A stretch of DNA of 59,504 nucleotides from an uncultured bacterium (GCA_964507645.1 CAZDPU010000005.1:1-59504), one strand, 5' to 3'. Shown: positions 28,201-36,948, counted from the first letter of the stretch. The notes: generated from the letters alone by a model not told the origin. Numbers and translations are program-made.

Positions 28201-30143
28201 GGATCTTTCGAACTGACACCATCAATAAGACCTTTCTCCTCCAAAACATTCCTTAATTTTGGTTTATAAAGCTCTAAAGCAATTTTCTTAGGTAAACCAC
28301 ACTGCCAAAGTTTCAATTTTGGCCCAGAAACAATCACTGCTCTTGCAGAATAGTCAACCCTTTTTCCAAGAAGATTCTGTCTAAATCTACCTTTTTTACC
28401 TCTTAGCGTATCTGTTAAAGACTCAAAAGGTCTCCCGTTGGGGTCCTTGTCAGCCTTCTGACTTCTTTGGTTATCAAACAAGGCATCAACAGACTGTTGA
28501 AGAAGTCTTTTTTCGTTGTTTACAATAACTTCAGGAGCACGAATTTTAACCATGTTCTTTAATCTCTTATTTCTGGTTACGACCCTATGATAAAGTTCAT
28601 TGATATCACTCGTTGCTTGCCTTCCTCCCTCAAGACTAACTATCGGCCTTAGGTCAGGAGGGATAACTGGCAAAGTCTCAAAAACCATCCACTCTAATCT
28701 ATTTGGTCTTATATCAGCATATCTCCTGCTTCTTAAGAACTGTTTCATCACACGTAATCTTTTCTTGACATCTCTAGATCTGGTTTTAGTCATTTTTTCC
28801 AAATCATTATCCAGTTTGTTGACTATGGCTGCTAAAGCATCTTCGCTATTTCCATCTATCCTTTTCAGCATTTCCTTAATAGCCCTACCTCCAGTATCAA
28901 TCTTGAAGACCTGTTCAGCAGGAACTCCCCCTCTCTTTTCGATTATCCTGCTAATGTTATCAAGATTTCTTTTCTGGTCTCCAGAAAACATGAATGGAGA
29001 TTCGCTATCTCCTTCTTTGAGAGGGTCGTAACCTTGCAAACCCCAAAACAGGTCTAACCCATGAACTAATTGCTCTTGAGCCATGATTGCCCTTTCTTGG
29101 ATCTCATTGTATTGAGCTATTTCTTTTATATTAGCTACCTGAAAAGCAATTTCTGTTTTAAGAAATTCCCAAAATTTAACATTCCATAATTCACCTTTTC
29201 GAGGATCAAATTTTTCATCTCCAATCTTCAAAACCTCTTTTGAAGTTCTTTGGTCTATTATCTTTTCCAAACTTCTCTGCGTTTTCCCAACCTTTATCTT
29301 CATTCCCTTTAATACAGATTCGTCAATTTTTGAATTTAATAGCTTTTGGATGGTTCTGAATTCAATTTTAGTGTTAACATCCAAAAGAACCTCTCCGTCC
29401 TTCGCAAGAAAAGGTTCTGAAAGCTGAGACCCTCCAAGTTCTTGAAAAAGCAACTCAGCAGCTGTTGTTTTGTTCCAGTACTTTGGTCTATTTGTTCTGG
29501 AAAGTAATAGCTGTATTTCGGCTTCAACCCAATCCTTCAAACTACCCTTATACTCTTTCAACCTTAAGGACATCAGGTTTTGCTTATCTTCCAATGTAAT
29601 TGAATCAATATCAGATATAGACATATCTAAAGTCTTAGAGATATGCTTAGAATCCTGCCATTTTGTAGGATTTATTGCACCATCAACCCTTCCCAAAAGA
29701 CTTTCTTTTTTTGCGGAATCAACAAAAACAACAGCGTATTTCATGTAGTAAACAATCTGCTTTGTCGCTCTTTTTGACAACCCTAAAACATTTTGTAAAA
29801 CATTTTTTGGCTGAATACTTAAGAACCAAGGATGCACAACAGATGCAGCCAATTTAATTGTCCCCATCCATCTTCTTCTAACCCTTTTATGAGTAACCGA
29901 AACACCACAAACCTCACATTCCAAATTATCCCTTCTTACATTTTTATATTTTCCACAATAGCATTCAAAACTAATCGTTGGTCCAAATATCTTTTCACAG
30001 AATAGGCCATCTGGTTCTGGCCTTCCAGTTCTGTAATTTATAGTTTCAGGTTGAAGAACCTCTCCACCCCAACCCTTGATCTTTTCGGGGTTTGCTATAG
30101 AAATCCTTAAAGCTGAAATTTGTTTTTTACTCATCTTGTTCAT
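25218..30143 (-). CDS. rpoC: RNA polymerase beta-prime subunit, expanded (1641 aa)
   Basis: Zn finger CYCGKYK..CEVCG, catalytic NADFDGDQM, trigger loop GEPGTQLTMRTFHTGG. The true start may be the second ATG at 30134, since GAGGAG lies 10 nt upstream of it. Confidence 0.97.
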   Translation of the reverse strand: MNKMSKKQISALRISIANPEKIKGWGGEVLQPETINYRTGRPEPDGLFCEKIFGPTISFECYCGKYKNVRRDNLECEVCGVSVTHKRVRRRWMGTIKLAASVVHPWFLSIQPKNVLQNVLGLSKRATKQIVYYMKYAVVFVDSAKKESLLGRVDGAINPTKWQDSKHISKTLDMSISDIDSITLEDKQNLMSLRLKEYKGSLKDWVEAEIQLLLSRTNRPKYWNKTTAAELLFQELGGSQLSEPFLAKDGEVLLDVNTKIEFRTIQKLLNSKIDESVLKGMKIKVGKTQRSLEKIIDQRTSKEVLKIGDEKFDPRKGELWNVKFWEFLKTEIAFQVANIKEIAQYNEIQERAIMAQEQLVHGLDLFWGLQGYDPLKEGDSESPFMFSGDQKRNLDNISRIIEKRGGVPAEQVFKIDTGGRAIKEMLKRIDGNSEDALAAIVNKLDNDLEKMTKTRSRDVKKRLRVMKQFLRSRRYADIRPNRLEWMVFETLPVIPPDLRPIVSLEGGRQATSDINELYHRVVTRNKRLKNMVKIRAPEVIVNNEKRLLQQSVDALFDNQRSQKADKDPNGRPFESLTDTLRGKKGRFRQNLLGKRVDYSARAVIVSGPKLKLWQCGLPKKIALELYKPKLRNVLEEKGLIDGVSSKDPISELLKKGVKERRLVWDILAQLISSSVVMLNRAPTLHRLGIQAFQPILTDESAIRLHPLVCTPFNADFDGDQMAVHLPLSEGAQAEARLLMLSTNNPFVPGTGSPSNLPSQDVILGLAYLTSNPKERIEISRNDLSSAKKLEKNFIGHVLTRNMSSSNSPFIKTVKEKWNYINQDLIRDMRSKWPKGVQSISFPISRIRASFTSESEARLAYDSQRIIDDELNKPLSVRDVIIVRKKDASKGFRVTTVGRVIFNEILPDNVPFVDEPVYIKELRRINNKILKECPQSEAIKICDSIKDLGFRQSSLAGISLSVDDVIIPERKQRIIALAEEVESFIVKAYSKGTLTPELAGMCNQRLKTNITFAEKNPRTGGLELVRPNELGRPANKKHNNVPEKWSDGLSPLSGKRLESRRFDKISYERIIEALWNRATERITELLIEAGEQAEDNSLMLMINSGARGKMDQVRQLAGMRGLMADPTGKLILSPIKSNFKEGLSVHEYFSSTHGARKGQTDTALRTSRSGYLTRRLVDIAHSLYIVEDDCGTVRGITKRPHFKTKKEEEKAKTKLGLKWYEKDGPMNWSSFAKRIIHRYTSERIYDENGDLVCDERVLITEKNVEKIVKVVKARSLKAAKKNSWVQVNKAGTTGVKLLSPITCNSSGGCCSHCYGYNKATGSPVSMADPVGVIAAQSIGEPGTQLTMRTFHTGGVAGSDVSDITQGLPLAEIFFEVYQSRFKPDIKGEGAVLSPISGIVTNIKELPNNSRHSYEVSVSPAVKKKGKKLKVKSGDFEQILIPKNRDIEVKVGDELSVADAISSGLRSPIEILASQGIDAAQSYALDKIQNVYRSQGVDIFDIHFEVILKEMFRYVKVIDGGDSTYMPDDKVPINEIKLINKKLEDAGLKRISWEQVLVGLKKGASNSSSFLSAASFQMTASALMEAAIEGKLDFLNGLKENVIVGERVPVGTGFRNFEDVSYEVVGSPFGTGVLDEDLDGYSS

Positions 30144-33100
30144 TCTCCTCAGATACTACTTTTTCTTGATTTCCTTCTTCCCCTTCTTTGGTTTCTTCAG
30201 CAGAGTCAACATTGTCTCCATTGTCTCCATCTTTCCCATCACCATCAGAATCTTTTGCTTCATCAGCATCTTGCGAAAACTCTTCGGAGAATTCGTTTTG
30301 ATCTCCATGTTGGAAAAATTCCAAATCCAAACCCAGCCCTCTTATTTCTTTATCTAGATTGTTTATACTTTCTGGCTTTAAAGAAAGATCAATAGCTTCA
30401 CCCCTTGTCATCTTTTTGTAAGCAAGATTTCTGCCTTCAATATCATCACTTTTTATAGTGAGCATCTCTTGCAAAGCTCTACTTGCTCCATAAGCTTCTA
30501 AAGCCCAAACCTCCATTTCTCCAAACCTCTGCCCTCCACCTCTCGCCTTACCACCTAGAGGTTGTTGTGTTATCAAAGAGTAAGGACCAATTGATCTTGC
30601 ATGGACCTTAGCCTCAGCAAGATGGTTTAGTTTCATGATGCTCATGACCCCAACAACAACATCATTTTCCAACCTTGCTCCAGTTCTTCCATCATAGACA
30701 ATGCTTTTTCCATCCCTTCTAAGGCCATTCTTCTCTAACTCATCTTGAATTGTCTCCATGGAACAACCGTTAAAAACAGGAACCTTTGCCCTTTTCCCCG
30801 AATGCTTGCTTGCCCAACCCAAATGAAGTTCCATAAGCTGACCAATATTCATCCTTGAAGGAACTCCTAAAGGATTGAGTATGACGTCAACCGGAGTTCC
30901 ATCTGACAAATAAGGCATATCTTCTTCGGGCAAAATTGTACTTACAACACCTTTGTTACCATGCCTTCCAGCTAATTTATCTCCAACAGTCAACCTTCTT
31001 TTTATAGCAACATAAACATCTACTTTCTGCAAAACACCTGGTCTCAGCTCAACTCCACTATCTTCTTTTGAAAGAGTATCCACACGAATAACAACACCAT
31101 GCTCCCCAGTTGGCATTCTCAAAGATGTATTTCTCATATCAGATCCTTTTTGGTTCATGATTTTCCAGATTAACTTTTCTTCAGGAGTTCTTTCTTTTTC
31201 TGGTTTTGGAGTAAGTTTTCCAACCAACAACTGACCTTGACCAACCTCGGTTCCAACTCTAACTATACCGTCTTTTGTTAAATTTGCCAATAAAGAATCA
31301 TCTTCATTTGGAATATCGGCAGTAATGATTTCCTCTCCCAAGCGAGTCCTTCTAGCAACACATTCAAATTTCTCTATTTGAACACTGTCCAAAAGTCCTA
31401 ATTTTGCAATCCTTTCACTAACAACAATTGAATCTTCAAAATTATAGCCATCTAAACTCATCAGAGCAACTGTAAGATTTTGGCCAAGTGCTAATTCTCC
31501 ATTTTTGATACCAGGGCCATCTGTCAAAATCTCATGTTTTTTAACTCTTTGGCCAGCTCTAACTACTGGTTTTTGATCAATAACTGTACTTTGATTACTT
31601 CTTGCATACCTCCTTAAAGAGAGAACATGCTTTTTGGATTCTTTTCCAGTCTCATCAAGAATTTGAGCTTTGTCATATTCAATTGTTATCTGACTTCCAC
31701 TATCAGCATCTTGAGGAGAAACACTTTTTATTTTTCCTGGCCCCTTGGCTCTAAGTATGTAACCGCTTGACATTGCTGCAGCGGATTCCATTCCAGTAAA
31801 AACTTTCGCTGGAGAAGGAGATATCAAAGGACAAGACTGGCGTAACATGTTTGCCCCCATTAAAGCCCTTGTTGCATCATCATGCTCCAGAAAAGGAATC
31901 AGAGAAGCAGAAACTCCAACAAGTTGATCATTACTGAAATCAAGATGCGTAACCTCTTTGGAATCAACCCATTGGGGCTCCCTCCTGTGTCTAGCACTTA
32001 CTCTGAATTTGCTTGTTTTAGACCTGTCCTTGTGAGAAGGTCCGGAAATTTCATTCTTTTCATCAATAAAAACACAAGAAGAAGCAACATAAAAATCTTC
32101 CTCTTCAAGTGCATTAAAAAACCTAACATCAGACTCCTTTTTAGGAAAATTGACAGTTCCTTTATCAACAGGAATATAAGGAGTTTCAATAAAACCCTTT
32201 TCATCTATCCTCGCCCATAAAGACAAGCTTGTAATTAAGCCAACATTTGCACCTTCGGGAGTTTCAATTGGGCAAATTCTTCCATAGTGTGTTTTATGAA
32301 CATCCCTAACCTCAAAACCTGTTCTTTTTCTGGAAAGACCTCCAGGCCCCATGGCTGAAAGCTTTCTTTTATGCACAAGTTCTGAAAAAGGATTTGTCTG
32401 ATCTAAGAATTGAACCAGCTCCCCAGTGCTAAAAAATCTGTCAATGGGTCTCAAAACCAATTTCGGAACTATTAAAGTTTGTGGAGTTTGGGTCTCTCCA
32501 TCCTGGGTCCTTGACTTTTCTCTGGCCATTTTAACCATACCCATCAAGCCTTTCTTCAATTCTCCTGAAATCATTTCCCCTACGCCTCTAACTCTTCTTA
32601 TCCCCAAGTGATCAATATCATCAGAATCTTCTTCTTCCCTAACTTTCCCTATTAAAAAATTAATACCTCTTGCGACATCTTGAATCGTTAATCTCTGATG
32701 AGAAAGGGGTATGTCGTCATTTTGGAAAGTCTGGTTTATCTGATATCTCCCAACTTCAGAAAGATCGTAATATTCCCCTTCAAAAAATCTCTTCCAAATA
32801 AAATCAAGTGCTGCTTCTGATGAAGGAATTTGATCGTTAGGTCTGAAATTTAAATATATTTCTTTAATACATTCATCCCTGCTTAGAAGCCCAGAAGACA
32901 GACCATCTTCAAAACATTTCTGAAAAGCCCATGGAGAATCATCATCCTTTCCAATTTTCACATCGGGATAACTTTCAACCTTAGACTCAACGTAAGCTTC
33001 CTTTCCATCATTTTCAGGAAGATACTGAATTGCTTCCACATGATCTTTCGTGAGAATTTGTCCCTTTTTTACAATAGTTTCACCATCTGCATTTTTTATA

Positions 33101-33882
33101 GAACTTCTGGCCTTCCAACCTTCACAAACTTTTATAAGTTGCTTTCTATACGAAGCAAGCTTCTTTCTCTTGTCTATTTTTTCTTCATCTAAATTTTTGC
33201 CTTTTGACTCACTTACAAAAACTAATTCTCCTGGATAAGGCTTTCCTTTTACGGTTCTGTATTCAAAACCCAAGGCTTTCAAGAATGTAGAAAGATGGAA
33301 CTTTCTAAACTTACCTAACCTAATCCAAAATCTATCCTTTGCATCTAGATTAAATTCCATCCAATTCCCTCTTGATGGAACAAATTTTGCAACATTGTTT
33401 TCATTTTTCTGTCCTGAGTTTTCTTTCTTAAAGAATATTCCAGGACTCCTCAGAAGTTGGAAAACACAAGTTTTTTCAATTCCATTAATGATAAAGGTAG
33501 CACTTGGTGTCATTTTTGGAATATTTCCAATCCTTAACTCTTGAACTTTAAATTCTCCAGTTTCCTCTCTATAGAGTTGCACAGGGATAGAAAGAGAAGT
33601 TGCATAGGTTTTTCCAAGTTTTCTACAAACCTCTATTGGCTCATCAGGATCCTCCAGTTGAAAAGAAGGCATTCCTTCTGGCAACGAAAGAGTTACCTTC
33701 TTGTCGTCAAAAGTCACAGGAAAAACCTCCCTCATGACACGATCTATACCTTTTGTTGTGAAGTATTCGTAACTTTTTTTCTGATGATGAATTAAGTCAT
33801 GCTCAATTGCATCAGTAAATTTTCTTTGAACTGAAAAATCCTTTATTTCTTCAAAAGAACTTTTAGAAACCTTTTTTGACAT
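30127..33882 (-). CDS. rpoB: RNA polymerase beta subunit with ~61-aa acidic C-terminal tail
   Basis: Conserved blocks GPGGLSR, RICPIETPEG, GRHGNKGV and GGQRFGEMEVWALEAYGA. Length 1251 aa. Confidence 0.97.
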   Translation of the reverse strand: MSKKVSKSSFEEIKDFSVQRKFTDAIEHDLIHHQKKSYEYFTTKGIDRVMREVFPVTFDDKKVTLSLPEGMPSFQLEDPDEPIEVCRKLGKTYATSLSIPVQLYREETGEFKVQELRIGNIPKMTPSATFIINGIEKTCVFQLLRSPGIFFKKENSGQKNENNVAKFVPSRGNWMEFNLDAKDRFWIRLGKFRKFHLSTFLKALGFEYRTVKGKPYPGELVFVSESKGKNLDEEKIDKRKKLASYRKQLIKVCEGWKARSSIKNADGETIVKKGQILTKDHVEAIQYLPENDGKEAYVESKVESYPDVKIGKDDDSPWAFQKCFEDGLSSGLLSRDECIKEIYLNFRPNDQIPSSEAALDFIWKRFFEGEYYDLSEVGRYQINQTFQNDDIPLSHQRLTIQDVARGINFLIGKVREEEDSDDIDHLGIRRVRGVGEMISGELKKGLMGMVKMAREKSRTQDGETQTPQTLIVPKLVLRPIDRFFSTGELVQFLDQTNPFSELVHKRKLSAMGPGGLSRKRTGFEVRDVHKTHYGRICPIETPEGANVGLITSLSLWARIDEKGFIETPYIPVDKGTVNFPKKESDVRFFNALEEEDFYVASSCVFIDEKNEISGPSHKDRSKTSKFRVSARHRREPQWVDSKEVTHLDFSNDQLVGVSASLIPFLEHDDATRALMGANMLRQSCPLISPSPAKVFTGMESAAAMSSGYILRAKGPGKIKSVSPQDADSGSQITIEYDKAQILDETGKESKKHVLSLRRYARSNQSTVIDQKPVVRAGQRVKKHEILTDGPGIKNGELALGQNLTVALMSLDGYNFEDSIVVSERIAKLGLLDSVQIEKFECVARRTRLGEEIITADIPNEDDSLLANLTKDGIVRVGTEVGQGQLLVGKLTPKPEKERTPEEKLIWKIMNQKGSDMRNTSLRMPTGEHGVVIRVDTLSKEDSGVELRPGVLQKVDVYVAIKRRLTVGDKLAGRHGNKGVVSTILPEEDMPYLSDGTPVDVILNPLGVPSRMNIGQLMELHLGWASKHSGKRAKVPVFNGCSMETIQDELEKNGLRRDGKSIVYDGRTGARLENDVVVGVMSIMKLNHLAEAKVHARSIGPYSLITQQPLGGKARGGGQRFGEMEVWALEAYGASRALQEMLTIKSDDIEGRNLAYKKMTRGEAIDLSLKPESINNLDKEIRGLGLDLEFFQHGDQNEFSEEFSQDADEAKDSDGDGKDGDNGDNVDSAEETKEGEEGNQEKVVSEENEQDE

Positions 33883-33903
33883 AGCAAACCCCTTATATAA
33901 AAA

Positions 33904-33943
33904 TTAAAAAAACGCAAAATGCGTAAAAAATACAACTTGTATT
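33904..33943 (-). terminator. Tandem weak hairpin plus U-run elements between rplL and rpoB (attenuator-like)
   Basis: The minus strand reads AATACA-AGT-TGTATTTTTT, then ACGCA-TTT-TGCGTTTTTTT. This is the same position as the known E. coli rplL-rpoB attenuator. Confidence 0.45.
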
Positions 33944-33951
33944 AAAAATTG

Positions 33952-34320
33952 TTACTCGATCTCAACATCGGCACCAGCTTCCGCCAATACTGACTTAATT
34001 TCTTCACCTTCTGATTCAGAAATTCCTTCCTTAAGAGAAACCGGAGCTTTGTCAACAAGTTCTTTTGCTTCTTTCAAACCGAGACCCAAAGCACTTTTAA
34101 CAGCCTTAATAACAGCTATCTTTTGCTGTCCAGCAGCTTTAAGAGTTACTTTGACGGTTGATGGCCCAGAATCTCCAGCATCATCCGATGCAGCCGGAGC
34201 AGCAGCCATTGCTACAGGAGAACCCTGAACATTAAATTTTTCTTTCAATGCTTCAACAAGCTCTACCAACTCGCTAACCTTCATTTTTTCAATACTTTCA
34301 ATGAGTTTATCTTTGCTCAT
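33952..34320 (-). CDS. rplL: Ribosomal protein L7/L12
   Basis: N-terminal dimerisation helix, Ala-rich hinge ([11 protein letters not shown]), and C-terminal domain KIAVIKAVK...GLKEAKELV. Confidence 0.95.
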   Translation of the reverse strand: MSKDKLIESIEKMKVSELVELVEALKEKFNVQGSPVAMAAAPAASDDAGDSGPSTVKVTLKAAGQQKIAVIKAVKSALGLGLKEAKELVDKAPVSLKEGISESEGEEIKSVLAEAGADVEIE

Positions 34321-34333
34321 AATTTACACCACC

Positions 34334-34882
34334 TCATTTAGATTTATTTTTAGCTATTTCATCTAGAGTCCAAACCAAATTAGAAAGAACACCGTCTAGA
34401 GTCCAAACCAGTCCTGAAACTGGGGAATCAAGACATCCAACCAATTGGGCATAGAGATCTTCAATGTTATTTATCTTTGCAAGATTTACAAAAGAGTTGG
34501 AATCAACAACTCCACCCTCTAGCGTTCCTGCTTTAAAATTAAACGAATCATCAGCCTTCAATCTTTTTACCATCATTTGAATAACTGGGAAAGGATTCTC
34601 TTCATTCACTACAACATGCGCAATAGGACCTTTTACAGTCTCCTTTAAATCCTTTTTTTCATCATCGTTTAAATCTAATTCATCTATAACTCTCCACATC
34701 AAGGTATTTTTGATAACAGAAAAACTCCCGCCTTGCTCTCGAATTTCCCTCCTAAAGAGAGTTTCGTCTTGAACACTGATTGGAGAATTTGCAAAAATTC
34801 CAAAAAAGGTACTTTCCTTAACTGAAGAAGCTTTTTTAGAAACTTTGTCTTTTTTCTGATTTAAAATTTTTGTGCTAGCCAT
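34334..34882 (-). CDS. rplJ: Ribosomal protein L10
   Basis: Its position between rplA and rplL, an L10-like core, and a C-terminal helix with a repeated LVWTLD unit. Confidence 0.9.
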   Translation of the reverse strand: MASTKILNQKKDKVSKKASSVKESTFFGIFANSPISVQDETLFRREIREQGGSFSVIKNTLMWRVIDELDLNDDEKKDLKETVKGPIAHVVVNEENPFPVIQMMVKRLKADDSFNFKAGTLEGGVVDSNSFVNLAKINNIEDLYAQLVGCLDSPVSGLVWTLDGVLSNLVWTLDEIAKNKSK

Positions 34883-35556
34883 TATATTTCAACCTTTACC
34901 CCAGGTCCCATTGTCAAACTAAGAGAAACTTTCTTCATATAAATACCCTTTACGGAAGAAGGTCTCATTGACTTAATGGTTTCATGAGCCATTTGTATAT
35001 TTTCAAGCAATTGATTCTTTTTGAAAGATTTTTTTCCGACTTTCAAATGAACATTTCCACCGTCATCATTTCTGAAACTCTGCTTTCCTTTCAAAAATTC
35101 ACTGACAGTGCCTTTCATGTCAGAAGATACTGTTCCAGCTTTTGGACTTGGCATCAACCCTCTAGGACCTAGGACTCTCCCTAATGGAGCCAAGTCTCTC
35201 ATCATAGAGGGGTGTGCTAGCAAAATGTCAAAATCCAATTTTCCAGATTTAATCTCATCTATGAGATCTTTTGCGCCAACTTTTTGTGCTCCAGCTTCTT
35301 TTGCCTCTTCTGCATTTTTGCCATCAGCAACAACTGCAATATTAGGACTATCTCCTGTTCCATGTGGTAAAAGCATGGTACCTCTAATTTGTTGATCTGC
35401 TTGTTTTGGATCTATATCAAGTGAAATATGCAAATCAACAGATTCGTCAAATTTTGCAGATTTTATTGAAGTAAGCAAATCCAAACCTGCATCAAGTGAA
35501 GCTGTCTTGAAGCCCGCTTTTTCTCTATTCTCTAAACTTCTTTTAGACCTTTTCAT
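34882..35556 (-). CDS. rplA: Ribosomal protein L1
   Basis: Motifs FDESVDLHI, LPHGTG and LGPRGLMPSPKAGTV. Confidence 0.95.
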   Translation of the reverse strand: MKRSKRSLENREKAGFKTASLDAGLDLLTSIKSAKFDESVDLHISLDIDPKQADQQIRGTMLLPHGTGDSPNIAVVADGKNAEEAKEAGAQKVGAKDLIDEIKSGKLDFDILLAHPSMMRDLAPLGRVLGPRGLMPSPKAGTVSSDMKGTVSEFLKGKQSFRNDDGGNVHLKVGKKSFKKNQLLENIQMAHETIKSMRPSSVKGIYMKKVSLSLTMGPGVKVEI

Positions 35557-36164
35557 TAATTTTCATCTCCAGAACTTTCTTCACCTTCAGAACCGGCAGC
35601 AACCTCTCCTTCAGAGACTGCCTCTTCGTCACTAGGGACAGCAGCAGCTTCAGCAGCAGCAGCAGCTTCTTCCTCTTCCTTGGCTTTTGCAAATTCTTCA
35701 CCTTGTTTTATTAGCTCTTTAATCTCTTCGTCATCTTTATCTCCAATGACAACGCCCATTGAACGAGCTGTGCCTTTAACTATGTTCATTGCAGCATCAA
35801 CATCTCTTGTGTTCAACTCTTCGAGTTTCCTCTCTGCTATAGCCTTGACAGAATCCATGGTGATAGCACCTACCTTTATCCTTAAAGCATCAGCAGATGC
35901 TTTATCTAAACCAGCTGCTTCTTTTATCAATGCACTAACGGGAGGTTCAAGTGTTACAAAGTCAAAACTAGCATCACGATAAGCAGTGATGATAACAGGA
36001 ACAACCTCCCCTTTTCTATTGCTTGTAGCACTATTAAAGGATTGACAAAACTGCATTATATTTACACCCAAGCTCGAAAGAGTTGGACCAACAGGAGGTG
36101 CTGGATTTGCGCTACCTCCAATAATTTGCAATTTTGCCTTTCCTACAACTTTTTTTTGTACCAT
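35556..36164 (-). CDS. rplK: Ribosomal protein L11 with ~60-aa acidic/Ala-rich C-terminal extension
   Basis: Motifs ANPAPPVGP and GTARSMGV. The canonical end is near residue 141, but the ORF continues to residue 202. Confidence 0.93.
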   Translation of the reverse strand: MVQKKVVGKAKLQIIGGSANPAPPVGPTLSSLGVNIMQFCQSFNSATSNRKGEVVPVIITAYRDASFDFVTLEPPVSALIKEAAGLDKASADALRIKVGAITMDSVKAIAERKLEELNTRDVDAAMNIVKGTARSMGVVIGDKDDEEIKELIKQGEEFAKAKEEEEAAAAAEAAAVPSDEEAVSEGEVAAGSEGEESSGDEN

Positions 36165-36772
36165 TATGCAGCCACCATCTTATCAATATCAATTTCAACT
36201 CTTGTTTCTTTTCCAAATATAGGGATAGTTACACCTGCTAATCTCTTATCTAGATTTATATCTTGAACTCTTCCTGTGTAGTCTTGGAAAGCCCCCTCTA
36301 GGATTCTGACCAAATCTCCTTCAGCAAATTCAACAGAATCAATAACTTGAGCTTCTCCTATTTGCTTTAATAAAATTTGAACTTCTTCTTCTGAGAGCGG
36401 TTGTGGATTGTCCCACCCACCTATCAAATTAATTACACCATAAATGTTATTTATGATATTTTTTATATTGCCTTTTGTTTCAAGATTATGCTTCATTTGA
36501 ATATAAACATATTTTGGATAAAGCCTCTTTATAACCACCTTGCCTCTTTCTTTTATCGAGGTAGCAGGAACTTCAACCCTCGTAACAACTTCTTCAAGAA
36601 GAACAGCATCTTCGGGGTCGATTTTTTCATAATATTTATTTTTTCTAACCATCTCATCTTGATCTGGATCCAATGTTGTTGAATCAACACCAGCAATGCC
36701 TCTGCTTACAGACAGGCCGACTTGAATTTCATACCTGTTTACAGTTTCCAATATGTACCAATCACGACTCAT
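36164..36772 (-). CDS. nusG: Transcription antitermination factor NusG
   Basis: NGN domain (WYILETVNRYE) with an insert, followed by a KOW motif (GDLVRILEGAFQDYTGRV). Confidence 0.9.
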   Translation of the reverse strand: MSRDWYILETVNRYEIQVGLSVSRGIAGVDSTTLDPDQDEMVRKNKYYEKIDPEDAVLLEEVVTRVEVPATSIKERGKVVIKRLYPKYVYIQMKHNLETKGNIKNIINNIYGVINLIGGWDNPQPLSEEEVQILLKQIGEAQVIDSVEFAEGDLVRILEGAFQDYTGRVQDINLDKRLAGVTIPIFGKETRVEIDIDKMVAA

Positions 36773-36948
36773 AACAGAATAGGAGCAAGAATCTTGCTTA
36801 AAATCAAATCAATAAGGCCCAAAAACAATGCAACAATAAGGATTACAAACAAGACGCCCCTAGTTGCATTAAGAGTAATGCTCCTAGAAGGCCATGATAT
36901 CCTTTTCATTTCAGCCTTAAAGTCATTAACGTTTGATTGAAAGTTCAT
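36769..36948 (-). CDS. secE: Preprotein translocase subunit SecE (59 aa, absent from the ORF track)
   Basis: My manual translation is MNFQSNVNDFKAEMKRISWPSRSITLNATRGVLFVILIVALFLGLIDLILSKILAPILL. It has a single TM helix and an ATGA overlap with the nusG start. Confidence 0.85.
   Translation of the reverse strand: MNFQSNVNDFKAEMKRISWPSRSITLNATRGVLFVILIVALFLGLIDLILSKILAPILL

Noticed and set aside
30127-30143. An rpoB-rpoC fusion or programmed frameshift, as in fused rpoBC genes
   Set aside because: rpoB ends at a clean TAA. rpoC starts at an ATG in a different frame with GAGGAG upstream. This is an ordinary overlap with translational coupling, not a fusion.
25218-33882. Antisense ORFs inside rpoC/rpoB (e.g. 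28600-29031 at 143 aa, 26289-26633 at 114 aa, 31882-32220 at 112 aa), and similar ones inside carB, infB, fusA and others
   Set aside because: They lie wholly opposite strongly conserved genes. Their composition is low-complexity (F/L/S/I-rich), typical of the antisense frame of AT-rich coding DNA, and none has a recognisable motif.
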